Counted from the first letter of the whole stretch, positions 19,827 through 29,576 are shown. The stretch: DNA of 62,472 nt, filler included, from Acidimicrobiia bacterium (GCA_041619515.1; 9 parts of 9 records of this genome joined end to end with filler, not necessarily neighbours in it); one strand, 5' to 3'. The notes: generated by a model from the letters alone, not told the origin. Numbers and translations: made by a program.

Positions 19827-21098
19827 TCAGCGGATGGCTGCCGGCGAGGTTGCCGCCCGCAGCTCCATGAATGCCGGCTGCGAGTCCATGACACCCATGA
19901 TGCGATGCTCTCGCCCGAACACCGTGTGGTTGTCGGCGTTGAGGGTGATATCACCCAAAACCACCGACACCTTGCCGAGGCCTTCCAGGTAGGCGGCCAG
20001 GGCCTGGGCATCCGTCCCGCCGGTGGCCTCGATCGCCATGGCCAGGGTGTCGATCGTCTGGGCGCCCTCTATCAGCGAAGCCGTCAAGGGCGACTGCCCG
20101 CGATCGTTCATCTCCTGGATGAACGCGATCACATCCGGGTCGGGGTCGTCACCGAACAGCGACACGGGCGTGTTGTAGTAGAAGTTGTTGAGTGCGACGC
20201 CTTCCTGATACCAGAATGTCCCGTCGCACGCCCACGAGCAGACGATCGGCGTCTCGTCACCGAGGCTCCGCAACCCGAAGACAAGGGCGGGGAGATCGTC
20301 GAAGGCCGTCGAGATAGCGATGACATCCTTCTCCATGTTGGCGACCGCCGTCACCACGTTGCCGATGGTTCCGTCGAATCCCGTGTACTCCTCGGTGGCA
20401 ACCACGGTGCCGCCTGCCTCGGTGAAGCGAACGTCGAACGCGTCGACGACATCCTGGAAGTAGACCAGCAAGTTGTCCTTGACCACAACGGCGGTTTCCC
20501 AACCCTGATCGCGCGCGAACTCGGCCAGAGCGGCACCCTCGTCCTGGGCCTGATTCCCAAAGCTGAAGGCGGTCCTGCCGGCCTCGCCGAGGCCGAGCGG
20601 GCCCATGCGGTCGGTGCCGATGCAGGGAGCAACCGCCAGGATGCCCGCCGCCAGAGCCTCCTGGATCGCCGGGGCGGCGAAGTCGAAGTCGCAGGTCACC
20701 AGCAGGATCTCGGCTCCCTGCCCGATCAAGTCGACCGCCGTCGACTTCACCAGGTCAGCCTCGACTGTCGCATCGATGACACGCAGGTCCAGCTGACGGT
20801 CGAGCACACCTCCGTCGGCATTGATGCGGTCGACCATGATCTGGGCCGCGTTGATGGCCGGGCTGTTGAACGGCGCCATGTTCTGGCTCAGGTCGACCGC
20901 CGCCCCGATGATGATCGGCGAGGTGTCGGGTGGAGTGGTGGTATCGGAGGACCCGCTCGTGGTTGTCGTGGCAGCCTGGGCCGTCGTGGTGGTGGCTCCT
21001 ACCGGGGCCGTTGTGTCCGAGGTGTCATCCCCGCAGGCGGCAGCCACCAGCGCAATCACCGCCAGCACGAGTAGAAATCGAGCGGGTCGAAACATCAT
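19827..21098 (-). CDS. ABC substrate-binding lipoprotein (LivJ/PBP1 family)
   Basis: GGAGGA RBS; lipobox LVAAAC; Thr-rich linker; INADGGVLDRQL. Confidence 0.88.
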   Translation of the reverse strand: MMFRPARFLLVLAVIALVAAACGDDTSDTTAPVGATTTTAQAATTTTSGSSDTTTPPDTSPIIIGAAVDLSQNMAPFNSPAINAAQIMVDRINADGGVLDRQLDLRVIDATVEADLVKSTAVDLIGQGAEILLVTCDFDFAAPAIQEALAAGILAVAPCIGTDRMGPLGLGEAGRTAFSFGNQAQDEGAALAEFARDQGWETAVVVKDNLLVYFQDVVDAFDVRFTEAGGTVVATEEYTGFDGTIGNVVTAVANMEKDVIAISTAFDDLPALVFGLRSLGDETPIVCSWACDGTFWYQEGVALNNFYYNTPVSLFGDDPDPDVIAFIQEMNDRGQSPLTASLIEGAQTIDTLAMAIEATGGTDAQALAAYLEGLGKVSVVLGDITLNADNHTVFGREHRIMGVMDSQPAFMELRAATSPAAIR

Positions 21099-21302
21099 GT
21101 CCTCCTGGTCGCGTGCAGGCTTTCGCCTGCCTGCCGGGACACTATCAGGAATGCGCCGCGCTTGAGGAGGCGCGACCCGGCAACGCTCCCCGCCACGCGA
21201 CAGCGGCCCAAATCGTTGCCTAGTGTGGGACAGACGCGCCGGATCGACCGAGGGAGGCTGAGACCCATGATGGCTACCGACCAGGCAGAGAGGGGTTGAG
21301 CG

Positions 21303-22157
21303 ATGTTGCTGGCACCGGTTGACTACTACCGACCCGACACCCTGGAGGAGGCTCTCGAGGCGCTGGAGTCCACGGAGGGGGCCCGCCCGCTGGCGGGTGG
21401 CCAGAGCCTCATCAGCATCCTGAAGCTGCGGGCCACCACCGTCTCGCTGCTCGTCGACATCAGCCGCCTCGAGGAGCTGCGCAGCATCGAGGTAGCCGAC
21501 GACGGGTCGGTCAGGATCGGGGCAGGGGTGACGTACGACGAAATGGCGACCTCTCCCGACCTCCACCACGCCTATCCCCGCCTCAGCCGAATCGCCGCAC
21601 ACACCGTCGACGCCCAGGTGCGCAACCGGGGAACGTTCGGAGGGAACCTCTGCCACAACGACCCGATCAACAACTTCCCGCCGGTGGTGGTGGCACTCGA
21701 TGCCACCATGCACGTGCGGGGCCCGGGGGGCGGGCGCGACATCGCCGCCTCCGACTTCTTCACCGGCTACTTCACGAACGCGCTCGCCCCCGGGGAGGTG
21801 CTGAGCGCCGTCACCCTGCCCGCCCTCGAGGGCCGGCAGATCGGTTATCAGGACATCGAGATAGGCGAGGCGGCCGTCCGGGCGGTGGCGGTGGTGGCTG
21901 CTTCGAACGGAACCATCGAGAGCGCCCGCGTCGCCCTCGGCTGCCTGCCGGTTCCGGTGCGGGTGGCGACGGCCGAGGAAGCCCTGGCCGGCGCGCCGGC
22001 GACCGCCGAAACGGTGGCGGCGGCAACCGCCTCCGCCGGGGAAGACATCGAGCCCATTTCCGACGCGGACGCCAGCGCCGACTACCGACGGGCGATGGCA
22101 TCGGTGGTGGCCAAGCGAGCAGTCATGGAAGCGATCGAGGGAGGCCAGCATGGCTAA
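21303..22157 (+). CDS. Molybdenum hydroxylase FAD subunit (CoxM/CutM/XdhB family)
   Basis: YYRPDTLEEA, PLAGGQSLI, QVRNRGTFGGNL, ASADYRR. Confidence 0.9.
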   Translation: MLLAPVDYYRPDTLEEALEALESTEGARPLAGGQSLISILKLRATTVSLLVDISRLEELRSIEVADDGSVRIGAGVTYDEMATSPDLHHAYPRLSRIAAHTVDAQVRNRGTFGGNLCHNDPINNFPPVVVALDATMHVRGPGGGRDIAASDFFTGYFTNALAPGEVLSAVTLPALEGRQIGYQDIEIGEAAVRAVAVVAASNGTIESARVALGCLPVPVRVATAEEALAGAPATAETVAAATASAGEDIEPISDADASADYRRAMASVVAKRAVMEAIEGGQHG

Positions 22158-22176
22158 CAAGCCAGATTCCATCCAG
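22150..22176 (+). CDS. First codons of the next gene, probably another Mo-hydroxylase subunit; cut by contig end
   Basis: GGAGG RBS then ATG GCT AAC overlapping the end of the CoxM-like gene; identity inferred from context only. Confidence 0.4.
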
Positions 22177-22276
22177 NNNNNNNNNNNNNNNNNNNNNNNN
22201 NNNNNNNNNNNNNNNNNNNNTTAATTAATTAANNNNNNNNNNNNNNNNNNNNNNNNNNNNNNNNNNNNNNNNNNNN
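22177..22276. other. Artificial contig spacer
   Basis: N-run with TTAATTAATTAA. Confidence 0.99.
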
Positions 22277-22317
22277 CGGAAGATGAACGTTTCGGGCAGC
22301 TCGACTCGGTCGACGGG

Positions 22318-22761
22318 TCAATCCGGGCGCGGCTCCGGGGATCGCTCCCGGCCCCGGCCGCCGCCGACGAGCTCATCGACGAGATCCAAGACCCGTCGGT
22401 TGATCTCGTCCCGGATCCGACGTACGGCTTCGAGGTCCTTTCCGGCCGGATCCTCGAGTTCCCAGTCGAGGTATCGCTTGCCGGGGTACACCGGACAGGC
22501 ATCGCCGCAGCCCATCGTGATGACAACGTCGGAGGCCCGCACCGCCTGGTTCGACAGCAGCTTCGGCTCCCGTCCGGAGAGATCGATGCCGAGCTCGGCC
22601 ATCGCGGCTACGGCCACCGGATTGACCTGATCGGCCGGCTCACTTCCAGCCGAGCGGACATCGATGCGGCCCCGGCCGTGCAGCTCCATGAGGGCAGCAG
22701 CCATCTGACTGCGCCCGGCGTTGTGAACACAGACGAAGAGCACCTGGGACTTGTCGTTCAT
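22318..22761 (-). CDS. arsC: Arsenate reductase, LMW-PTP type
   Basis: VLFVCVHNAGRSQMA, ITMGCGDACP, WELEDP; TACATT 7 nt before the ATG. Confidence 0.88.
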   Translation of the reverse strand: MNDKSQVLFVCVHNAGRSQMAAALMELHGRGRIDVRSAGSEPADQVNPVAVAAMAELGIDLSGREPKLLSNQAVRASDVVITMGCGDACPVYPGKRYLDWELEDPAGKDLEAVRRIRDEINRRVLDLVDELVGGGRGRERSPEPRPD

Positions 22762-22854
22762 GGGCAAGAATGTATCGCAGATCGGAGTTGGCAGATGCGA
22801 GCTGTCGTGTTGTAGCCTCACAGAGTCCGCGACGACGGAGCCCCGGCACCTCCC

Positions 22855-23994
22855 ATGGCGATCAGCCGGCCGATATCAGAACGGAAGATGCCTACCTGGG
22901 CCCGTTTACTGCTCGTCATCGGGCTCCTCTACACGTTCTTGTCGGGCGTGAAGTTCCTCGAGAGCGGGATCAAGGCATTCGGCTCCGACGTTGCAGCCGA
23001 CCTCTTCGATGGCATCAGCAACCCGCTGGCCGGTTTGTTTGCCGGCATCCTTGCGACTGTGCTCGTGCAGTCATCGTCGGTGACGACTGCCACCATCGTC
23101 GGACTCGTCGGATCGGGCACCCTGCCATTCGACACTGCGGTCCCGATGATCATGGGCGCCAACATCGGAACCACGGTGACCAACACCCTCGCCTCGCTCG
23201 GCCACATCCGCCGCAGCGAGGAGTTCAAGCGGGCGTTCGCAGGGGCCACCATGCACGACTTCTTCAACGTGCTGGCAGTCGCCGTTCTCCTTCCCCTCGA
23301 GCTGATCACGGGCTTCCTGTCCGGGATGGCCGAACGCCTCGGCGAATGGCTGTCCGACGCCGGCATTCAGGGCGGGGAGCTCGGAGACAGCCCCCTCAAG
23401 AGCGCGGTGAAGTGGCCTGTGGACCTGGTGCAAGATCTCATCGACGGAGCCAGCGACAACGTCGTCGGGGCCGTCCTCCTGATCCTCGGCCTCGGGCTCA
23501 TATTCCTGAGCCTGGCGTTCATCACGAGGAACATGAAGGAGGTGCTGGCGGGACGCATCGAGCGATCCATCAACGAGGTCTTGAGCCGGGGTGGCGGAGT
23601 GCCCGCCATGCTCGTGGGCCTCGTGATGACGGTGGCGGTGCAGAGCAGCTCGATCACCACATCGATCCTCATCCCGATCATCGCAGCAGGTGTTCTCACC
23701 TTGCAGAACGCCTATCCCATCACCCTGGGTGCCAACGTGGGGACCACGGTGACCGCGCTCCTCGCATCACTGGCAGCCGATCGACCGGAGGCGCTGGCCA
23801 TCGCCCTCACCCACACCTTGTTCAACCTGACCGGCATCGCGCTGTTCTATCCGGCCCCGCAGCTGCGATATCTTCCGGTCAAGCTCGCTCAACGGCTCGC
23901 GGACGTCGCCGTCACGAATCGAACGCTCGCGCTCGGGTACGTCGTCGGCGCCTTCGTCATCGTTCCGTTGGTCGGAATAGTCTTACTCAGGTGA
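22855..23994 (+). CDS. Na+/Pi cotransporter (NptA/SLC34-like)
   Basis: Two QSSS repeats each followed by GAN(I/V)GTTVT; ATMHDFFN. Confidence 0.93.
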   Translation: MAISRPISERKMPTWARLLLVIGLLYTFLSGVKFLESGIKAFGSDVAADLFDGISNPLAGLFAGILATVLVQSSSVTTATIVGLVGSGTLPFDTAVPMIMGANIGTTVTNTLASLGHIRRSEEFKRAFAGATMHDFFNVLAVAVLLPLELITGFLSGMAERLGEWLSDAGIQGGELGDSPLKSAVKWPVDLVQDLIDGASDNVVGAVLLILGLGLIFLSLAFITRNMKEVLAGRIERSINEVLSRGGGVPAMLVGLVMTVAVQSSSITTSILIPIIAAGVLTLQNAYPITLGANVGTTVTALLASLAADRPEALAIALTHTLFNLTGIALFYPAPQLRYLPVKLAQRLADVAVTNRTLALGYVVGAFVIVPLVGIVLLR

Positions 23995-24006
23995 GGGAGG
24001 TTCACC

Positions 24007-24693
24007 ATGGTCCTTGAGTTCTTCCGGAGGGGCTCTGAGAACCAGCTCGACAAGATCGAGAGCCAGGTCGGACAGATGCTGGGCGAGGCCCGGCACAGCT
24101 TCGACCTGGCAGCCAGCACCGTCTTGGCAGGTGCGTCCGCCACGGCAGTCGGGGACGACGTCCACAAGACGGACCGGCGGATCAACAAGCTCGAACGGAA
24201 GATCAGGCGCGAGCTGGTGGTGCATGTGAGCGTCAACGCGTCCGGAACCGACGTGCCCATGGTGCTCGCCTACATGGCGGTTGCGAAGGACATCGAGCGG
24301 ATCGGCGACTACGCCAAGAACATCTGGGATCTCGCACATCAGGGCGTCGATCTCTCGAAGGACGAAGACGTCGAGACCCTCATCTCCTACCGGGATCGAA
24401 TCTCGCTCCTGATCTCCCAGACTGCCAACACCTTCCTGAACAAGGCGACCGACAAGGCGTGGGACTACCTGGCGGAAGCCGACGTCCTGCTCGACGAATT
24501 CGATGGTCGGATCGACGAGCTCACCCAGTCGGAGCGGCCCTCCACCTATGGGGTGCCACGGGCGCTCTACTTCCGTTATATGAAACGGATCACCGCCCAT
24601 CTGATGAACGTGCTCACCGCCCTCACGATGCCGGTCGACCGGCTCGCCTACTACGACGAGGACCGGCGGGACCGGGAGCCGCTCGACCAGTAG
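24007..24693 (+). CDS. PhoU-domain protein
   Basis: D..INKLE..IR and KDIERIGDYAKNI; GGGAGG RBS; follows the Na/Pi cotransporter. Confidence 0.85.
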   Translation: MVLEFFRRGSENQLDKIESQVGQMLGEARHSFDLAASTVLAGASATAVGDDVHKTDRRINKLERKIRRELVVHVSVNASGTDVPMVLAYMAVAKDIERIGDYAKNIWDLAHQGVDLSKDEDVETLISYRDRISLLISQTANTFLNKATDKAWDYLAEADVLLDEFDGRIDELTQSERPSTYGVPRALYFRYMKRITAHLMNVLTALTMPVDRLAYYDEDRRDREPLDQ

Positions 24694-24704
24694 GCGGCCG
24701 ACCC

Positions 24705-25124
24705 CTACTCGTTCTCGGGTGGCCTTCGCAGGCGCTTGTCGGCCCCGCGACGACGCTTGTCTCTGATCCGGATGTCGTGGGCCGACCGCGGAGTCTTCGT
24801 GGCGATCCGGCGCCGGCGCTCCCGCAATGCGTGCTCGAGCATGTCGGCCAGCCGGCGTCGTGCCATCTGGCGGTTGCGCCACTGCGAGCGCGACTCGCCG
24901 GCCGTCACCGTGATCACGCCGTTTCGAACCCGGGCGCCGAGCGCCCCCAGTAGCCGTTCCTTGACCGCATCCCCCACCGCCGCGCTCGCCGCCAGGTTCC
25001 ACGACAGCTCTGCCCGCGTGGCGCTCCGGTTGGCATGCTGGCCGCCGGGTCCGCCGGGTGTCGAGAACGACCACTCCAGCTCGGACTCGGGGATCGTGAA
25101 CGCATCGGCGATCGAGAGGTCCAT
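24705..25124 (-). CDS. arfB: Alternative ribosome-rescue peptidyl-tRNA hydrolase
   Basis: GGPGGQHAN, RSQWRNR, basic C-terminal tail; TACCTT 7 nt before the ATG. Confidence 0.9.
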   Translation of the reverse strand: MDLSIADAFTIPESELEWSFSTPGGPGGQHANRSATRAELSWNLAASAAVGDAVKERLLGALGARVRNGVITVTAGESRSQWRNRQMARRRLADMLEHALRERRRRIATKTPRSAHDIRIRDKRRRGADKRLRRPPENE

Positions 25125-25363
25125 GGGGACCAAGGTAGTCGCAAGTCACTCGACCCGAGGACGACCCAAGGCCAGGACGGCGGCGGGCCGCACGAAAGCA
25201 GGCTGCAAGAAGCGGATGGCGGGAAGTGCAATCAGGCGGCTCCGGGGAGTGGTTGCCGCGCCGGACGTTCGGGGTCACACCGGAGGTTCTCGATCCGCGG
25301 AAACGCCCAGCGGGGCACCATGGTCGAGCCGTTCCGACCACTTCCCACTATCGTCCCTTGGTT

Positions 25364-27463
25364 ATGCGTGATCGCCGCCAGACCGTCCTCACCGACATCC
25401 TCCCCCCGGAAGACCGGGTCATCGAGGCCGTTGTGGCGCGGTATCAGCGGGTGGCGCCGGCAGTCACCCGGTTCGCTCGAAGTCTCAGCAACAACACCGA
25501 GCTGCGGGTGCGGCTCGGGTCGGAGGCGGCCAGCCGCCCCGGCGAGGTGGTCCTCGACCCCCGCCTATTCCAGGCCGCCTACAGCCGCAGCGCCCCCGTC
25601 ACGCCGGCCGAAGTGGCGCTCGCCTCCGCCCTCCACGAGGTGGTGCATCTGGCAGTGACGGACTTCGAAGAACAGCGGCCGATCCCGGCCGAATGGCTGC
25701 CCGAGGACCACGACCCCGGGGACCTCGACGGGGACCCAGGGGATGCAGTCCCGTTGCTGGACGCCCTCTCCGAAGCCGGCGGGCCCGCCGCCGAGGCGCT
25801 GTTCCTGGCGCTGGAGGACGCTCGACAGGAGATCGCTCATCTCACCAGCTACCGGGGGGCGCAATCGGTTCTCGAGGATATGTACATGGCCGCCACCCCC
25901 GATGCTCTCGCCCAGGCCCGGCCGCTCGGCCAGTTTGCCCTCGCCTGTTTCCTGATCGTCGGCGAGTACGCCGAACGTGACCCGCTGCAGAAGCTCGTCG
26001 ACCCGCACGTTGCCTCGGCGCTCGATGACGCCATGGTGTTCCTCGACGGCGTGCGGGAATCCACCGATGTCTGGGAGGTGGCGGGTCGCGCCCTCCAGCT
26101 GCTCCAGATCGCTCGCCTGCATGGCTTGCTCACCGAGGTGTCGGGGACCGAGATGATCGGTGACCAGGAGCAGGCTTCCGAAAGCGACCGTGATGCCATC
26201 AGCGAAGGCGTCGACAGGGTGCGCCTCACCAGCCCCATCCTGCAGGACGTCGAGAGCTACGACGAGACGATGGAGGCGACCGCAGGGGACTCCGAGACCG
26301 AGGGCGATTCCGAGGCGGGAGGCGACCCTTCGACCGAACAGCTCATCAGGGTTTCGGAGGCACCGCTCATCTACCCTCCCATCGGCCAGGGAGGCAAGCT
26401 GGTGATCGGCCAGTTCCCCGATCGCTTCAGGCAGTTCGCAGACGAGGGGCGAGAATCGCTCGGGGAAGCGGCCCGGGCGTGGGGCGTGGCCCAGCGCCAC
26501 ATCTCGGGCGAGCTGTGGCCCCTGTTCGTCGCCAATCAGCGGCGCGGGCTCCGGTCGGGATACGACGCCGGCGACCTCTCTCCCTATTCCGCCCTGTTCC
26601 TGGGCGCCGGCCTCTATCAGCGTATGTTCGAGCGGCGGGCCATCTCCAGCCGCCGGTCATACGCCGTCAGCCTGCTCATCGACGGATCTGCCTCCATGCT
26701 CCAGCCGCGCCGAATTCACGGTGGGGGGCGGGCGCCGTGGGGGATGGCAGCCGCCACCCTGGGAGCCTGGACACTGGCCCGGCTGGCCGACGAGCTTCAG
26801 GTCGAGTTCGAGATGTCGCTCTTCAACCGGTCCTTTGCGGCCGCCGCCAACGACACCGAAGCCACCTACCTCAAACGTATGCACGGCTCGTCGGCCGGCC
26901 TGCGCCGCACGCAGGGAGGACACGCCGAACGCCTCACCCGCACGGTCAACCATTACGTGCTCAAGACCTTCGATGAGCGGTGGCGCCTGGCCGAAGACGG
27001 GGTGGCCGGTCTCTTCTGGACGGCAGCCGAGCCACGGGCGGCCACCGCTTTTGCCTCCCGCAATCGCGACGAGGCACCGCCGGTCTCGATGTTCGAGAAG
27101 GCGGCCAATGTCGATGAGCTCAACGTCTCCTATGCCTCTGAGCGGCTGCTGGAGCGCCGGGCCTCCGTGCGCATTCTGGTAGTCCTGGCCGATGGGATGA
27201 CACGCGGCTCGGTTGAATCCCTCGCCGAGACCGTTCGCCAGGCCGAGGTCGCCGGCACCACCGTCCTCGGAATTGGGATCGGCGACGGGACCGTTCAGGC
27301 CGCCTACGGCCGCAACCAGGTCGTCGAGCGGCCCGATGCACTCACCAGAGCGATGGTGGATGGAGTACGCTCCAGCCTTCGCCGCAGCCTTGCACTGTGG
27401 GGAGCCGACACCTGGTGGGCTCGCTCGCAGTGGCACGACCAGGACTGGAACGTGAATGCCTGA
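25364..27463 (+). CDS. VWA-domain protein with N-terminal HExxH / CobT-like region
   Basis: ALHEVVH, ALEDARQE..YRGA, acidic linker, MIDAS LLIDGSASM, VVLADG, VLGIGIG. Confidence 0.78.
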   Translation: MRDRRQTVLTDILPPEDRVIEAVVARYQRVAPAVTRFARSLSNNTELRVRLGSEAASRPGEVVLDPRLFQAAYSRSAPVTPAEVALASALHEVVHLAVTDFEEQRPIPAEWLPEDHDPGDLDGDPGDAVPLLDALSEAGGPAAEALFLALEDARQEIAHLTSYRGAQSVLEDMYMAATPDALAQARPLGQFALACFLIVGEYAERDPLQKLVDPHVASALDDAMVFLDGVRESTDVWEVAGRALQLLQIARLHGLLTEVSGTEMIGDQEQASESDRDAISEGVDRVRLTSPILQDVESYDETMEATAGDSETEGDSEAGGDPSTEQLIRVSEAPLIYPPIGQGGKLVIGQFPDRFRQFADEGRESLGEAARAWGVAQRHISGELWPLFVANQRRGLRSGYDAGDLSPYSALFLGAGLYQRMFERRAISSRRSYAVSLLIDGSASMLQPRRIHGGGRAPWGMAAATLGAWTLARLADELQVEFEMSLFNRSFAAAANDTEATYLKRMHGSSAGLRRTQGGHAERLTRTVNHYVLKTFDERWRLAEDGVAGLFWTAAEPRAATAFASRNRDEAPPVSMFEKAANVDELNVSYASERLLERRASVRILVVLADGMTRGSVESLAETVRQAEVAGTTVLGIGIGDGTVQAAYGRNQVVERPDALTRAMVDGVRSSLRRSLALWGADTWWARSQWHDQDWNVNA

Positions 27464-28478
27464 CAACGTCATCTTCGAAGACCCCGCCGGTGAGGGAAAA
27501 CCGATCGAGCTGGAAACGTTCGACCTCCCCAAGGAGCTGCCCGACCACGCTCAGAGGCTTGCCAAGATCCCCGAGCCGGACCCGTTCTACGTGGACCTGG
27601 GCATGCTGTATCGGCTCGCCCGGTTGGAACGGGTCCGCAGAGACCATGCCGACGAGCACGTGCCGCTGCACCTGGCGCTGCGCGGCCATATGGGAACCGG
27701 CAAGGACCACGACCTCGAGCAATTCGCCGCCCTGCTGGGGCTCCCCTATTACCGCATCCCGCTGACCGGCGAGGTCAGGGACATAACGCTGATCGGTTCG
27801 GTGAAGCTGTACGGCGACGGCCGGGGCGGCACCGAGAGCAGGTGGGAGGACGGCGACATCACCCGGGCGCTCCGGGGAACCGCGCTCATCAATCTCTCGG
27901 AGCTCAATGCCGCTGGAGCGGAGACGTTGTTCGCGCTCCACGGCCTCCTCGATCGGTACCACGCCCTCGATTTGCCGACCGGCGACCATGTCAAGCTCCG
28001 CCCCGACACCCGTCTGTTCGGAACCATGAACCCCACCGACCTACGCGACTATGCCGGCACCCAGACGCTCAACAAGGCCTTCGCCGATCGCTGGGTGATC
28101 TGGGAGAAGGACTTCCCGGTCGCAGAGCAGCTGACGGGAATGCTGACCCGCCGCTACACCACGATGAAGCCGGAGTTCGTCGAGCTGATCTCGCGGCTGG
28201 CGGTAGAGGTGAACGAGTCGTTCACGTCGAGTGACAGCCGCACCCGGGTTGAGACACCCATGAGTTTGCGCACCGTGCTCGATCGCATCCCGACCGGTCT
28301 TCGCATGTTCGCCGATGCCGAAGACCCGCTGCGGGCCGCCTGGGAGGAGTTCGTGCTGCCGCACGTCGACGCCTACGACCGCGACCACTATGAAACGGTG
28401 TGGAGCGCCGTCGCTCGCACGGGCCCGAAAGGGCCCCCCTTCTCAGCGGCCTCGCGCCGGAAGAGCTCGACCTCCTAA
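27456..28478 (+). CDS. MoxR-type (CbbQ/NorQ/CobS-like) AAA+ ATPase with atypical Walker motifs
   Basis: GHMGTGKD, WEDG.ITRA, LINLSELN, FGTMNP, YAGTQTLNKAFADRW; overlaps the VWA gene. Confidence 0.85.
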   Translation: MPDNVIFEDPAGEGKPIELETFDLPKELPDHAQRLAKIPEPDPFYVDLGMLYRLARLERVRRDHADEHVPLHLALRGHMGTGKDHDLEQFAALLGLPYYRIPLTGEVRDITLIGSVKLYGDGRGGTESRWEDGDITRALRGTALINLSELNAAGAETLFALHGLLDRYHALDLPTGDHVKLRPDTRLFGTMNPTDLRDYAGTQTLNKAFADRWVIWEKDFPVAEQLTGMLTRRYTTMKPEFVELISRLAVEVNESFTSSDSRTRVETPMSLRTVLDRIPTGLRMFADAEDPLRAAWEEFVLPHVDAYDRDHYETVWSAVARTGPKGPPFSAASRRKSSTS

Positions 28479-28510
28479 ACCTCTCCGCGAACCCTGCCGA
28501 CAGTTTCCCT

Positions 28511-29089
28511 ATGGGTTCGGCACAACTAGCACTCCGACACAAACTCCGACACCGGATCATGGCCGGATACTCCGGCGCCATCGTCTTCGGCGCAGCCGCC
28601 GGCCTGGCCTGGTGGGTGTTCGGCGCAGCCTTCACAGGCGCCGGGCTCACGCAGGCCCCGCTGTTGACCGCGGTGCTGCTGCTCGCCCTCAAGATCGGGG
28701 CGCTGTCTGTGCGCACCGCTCGCCACGCGTTCGCTCATCCGGCGCTCCATGTCGAAGATGACCGCCTGGTGATCGAGGACCCCACGACGCTGGAGGGCCC
28801 CCAATCGATCCCGTGGGGGCTCGTCCGTTCCATTCACGTAGGACCCGACGTCGCCGGATGGATGGTCGGCGGCTATGCCAACCTCACCAGAAGCAACGAA
28901 ACCCAGCTGGGCCGGTTCCCGCAGCTCCCGAATGCGGTCATCGTGCTCACCCAACCCGTGTACGTGAACCAGGCCAGGCCGCGCATGATGCGCTTGTGGC
29001 ACCTGTCTGCACCGCCCTCCCCCACCCGCGCCACCAGCCGCATCTGGTTCACGGTTTCCGATCACGATGCCGCGTTTCTCGTCTTTGCC
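28511..29089 (+). CDS. Hypothetical membrane protein, 3'-truncated
   Basis: Two TM helices then a PH-like segment (LHVEDDRLVI..IPWGLVRSI); open to the contig end. Confidence 0.6.
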
Positions 29090-29189
29090 NNNNNNNNNNN
29101 NNNNNNNNNNNNNNNNNNNNNNNNNNNNNNNNNTTAATTAATTAANNNNNNNNNNNNNNNNNNNNNNNNNNNNNNNNNNNNNNNNNNNN
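29090..29189. other. Artificial contig spacer
   Basis: N-run with TTAATTAATTAA. Confidence 0.99.
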
Positions 29190-29576
29190 CAGCAGCTTGC
29201 GTTGCTCGTCGCGCCGGCGGGTGGCCTCGGACAGCTCCTCGACCAGGGATTGATAGCGGTCGGTGTGGTGCATGATGGCGAAGACGGCGCGTGCCCGCTC
29301 GGCCGCCTCCGGCTGCCGTTCTTCGGCGACGAGGAGGGCGGCCCGGGCCTCGTCGTGGTCTCTTGCCAGAGCACCGATCGCCTGGATCTCCGTATCGATC
29401 GCCGCCAGCCGCCCCTCGATGGACTCCAGGAAGACGAAGATCGAGCTCTGACGATCGAGGAGGTCGAATTGGGCGCCAGCTTCCTCGATCTCAGCGTTGA
29501 GCTGGGCAAGCCGACGTTTGAGGTCTGCGTTGGGGACGTTGCGTTGTTCGGCTTCGCGTCGCTGTTCCGTCGCCAC
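29190..29576 (-). CDS. Hypothetical coiled-coil protein, 3'-truncated
   Basis: GGGGAG RBS + GTG; helical E/A/R/L-rich sequence. Confidence 0.6.

Noticed and set aside
21303..22157. Calling this aerobic CO dehydrogenase (coxM)
   Set aside because: The medium subunit is not diagnostic and the large subunit is absent from the window.
19827..22172. 781-aa ORF suggesting a large fused binding protein
   Set aside because: The true start is the ATG at 21098 with RBS and lipobox; the extension is antisense to the CoxM-like gene.
22277..22317. In-frame coding-like sequence (PVDRVELPETFIF) after the arsC TGA, hinting at readthrough
   Set aside because: Only 13 codons before the contig end, with no start codon or recoding signal visible; not supportable.
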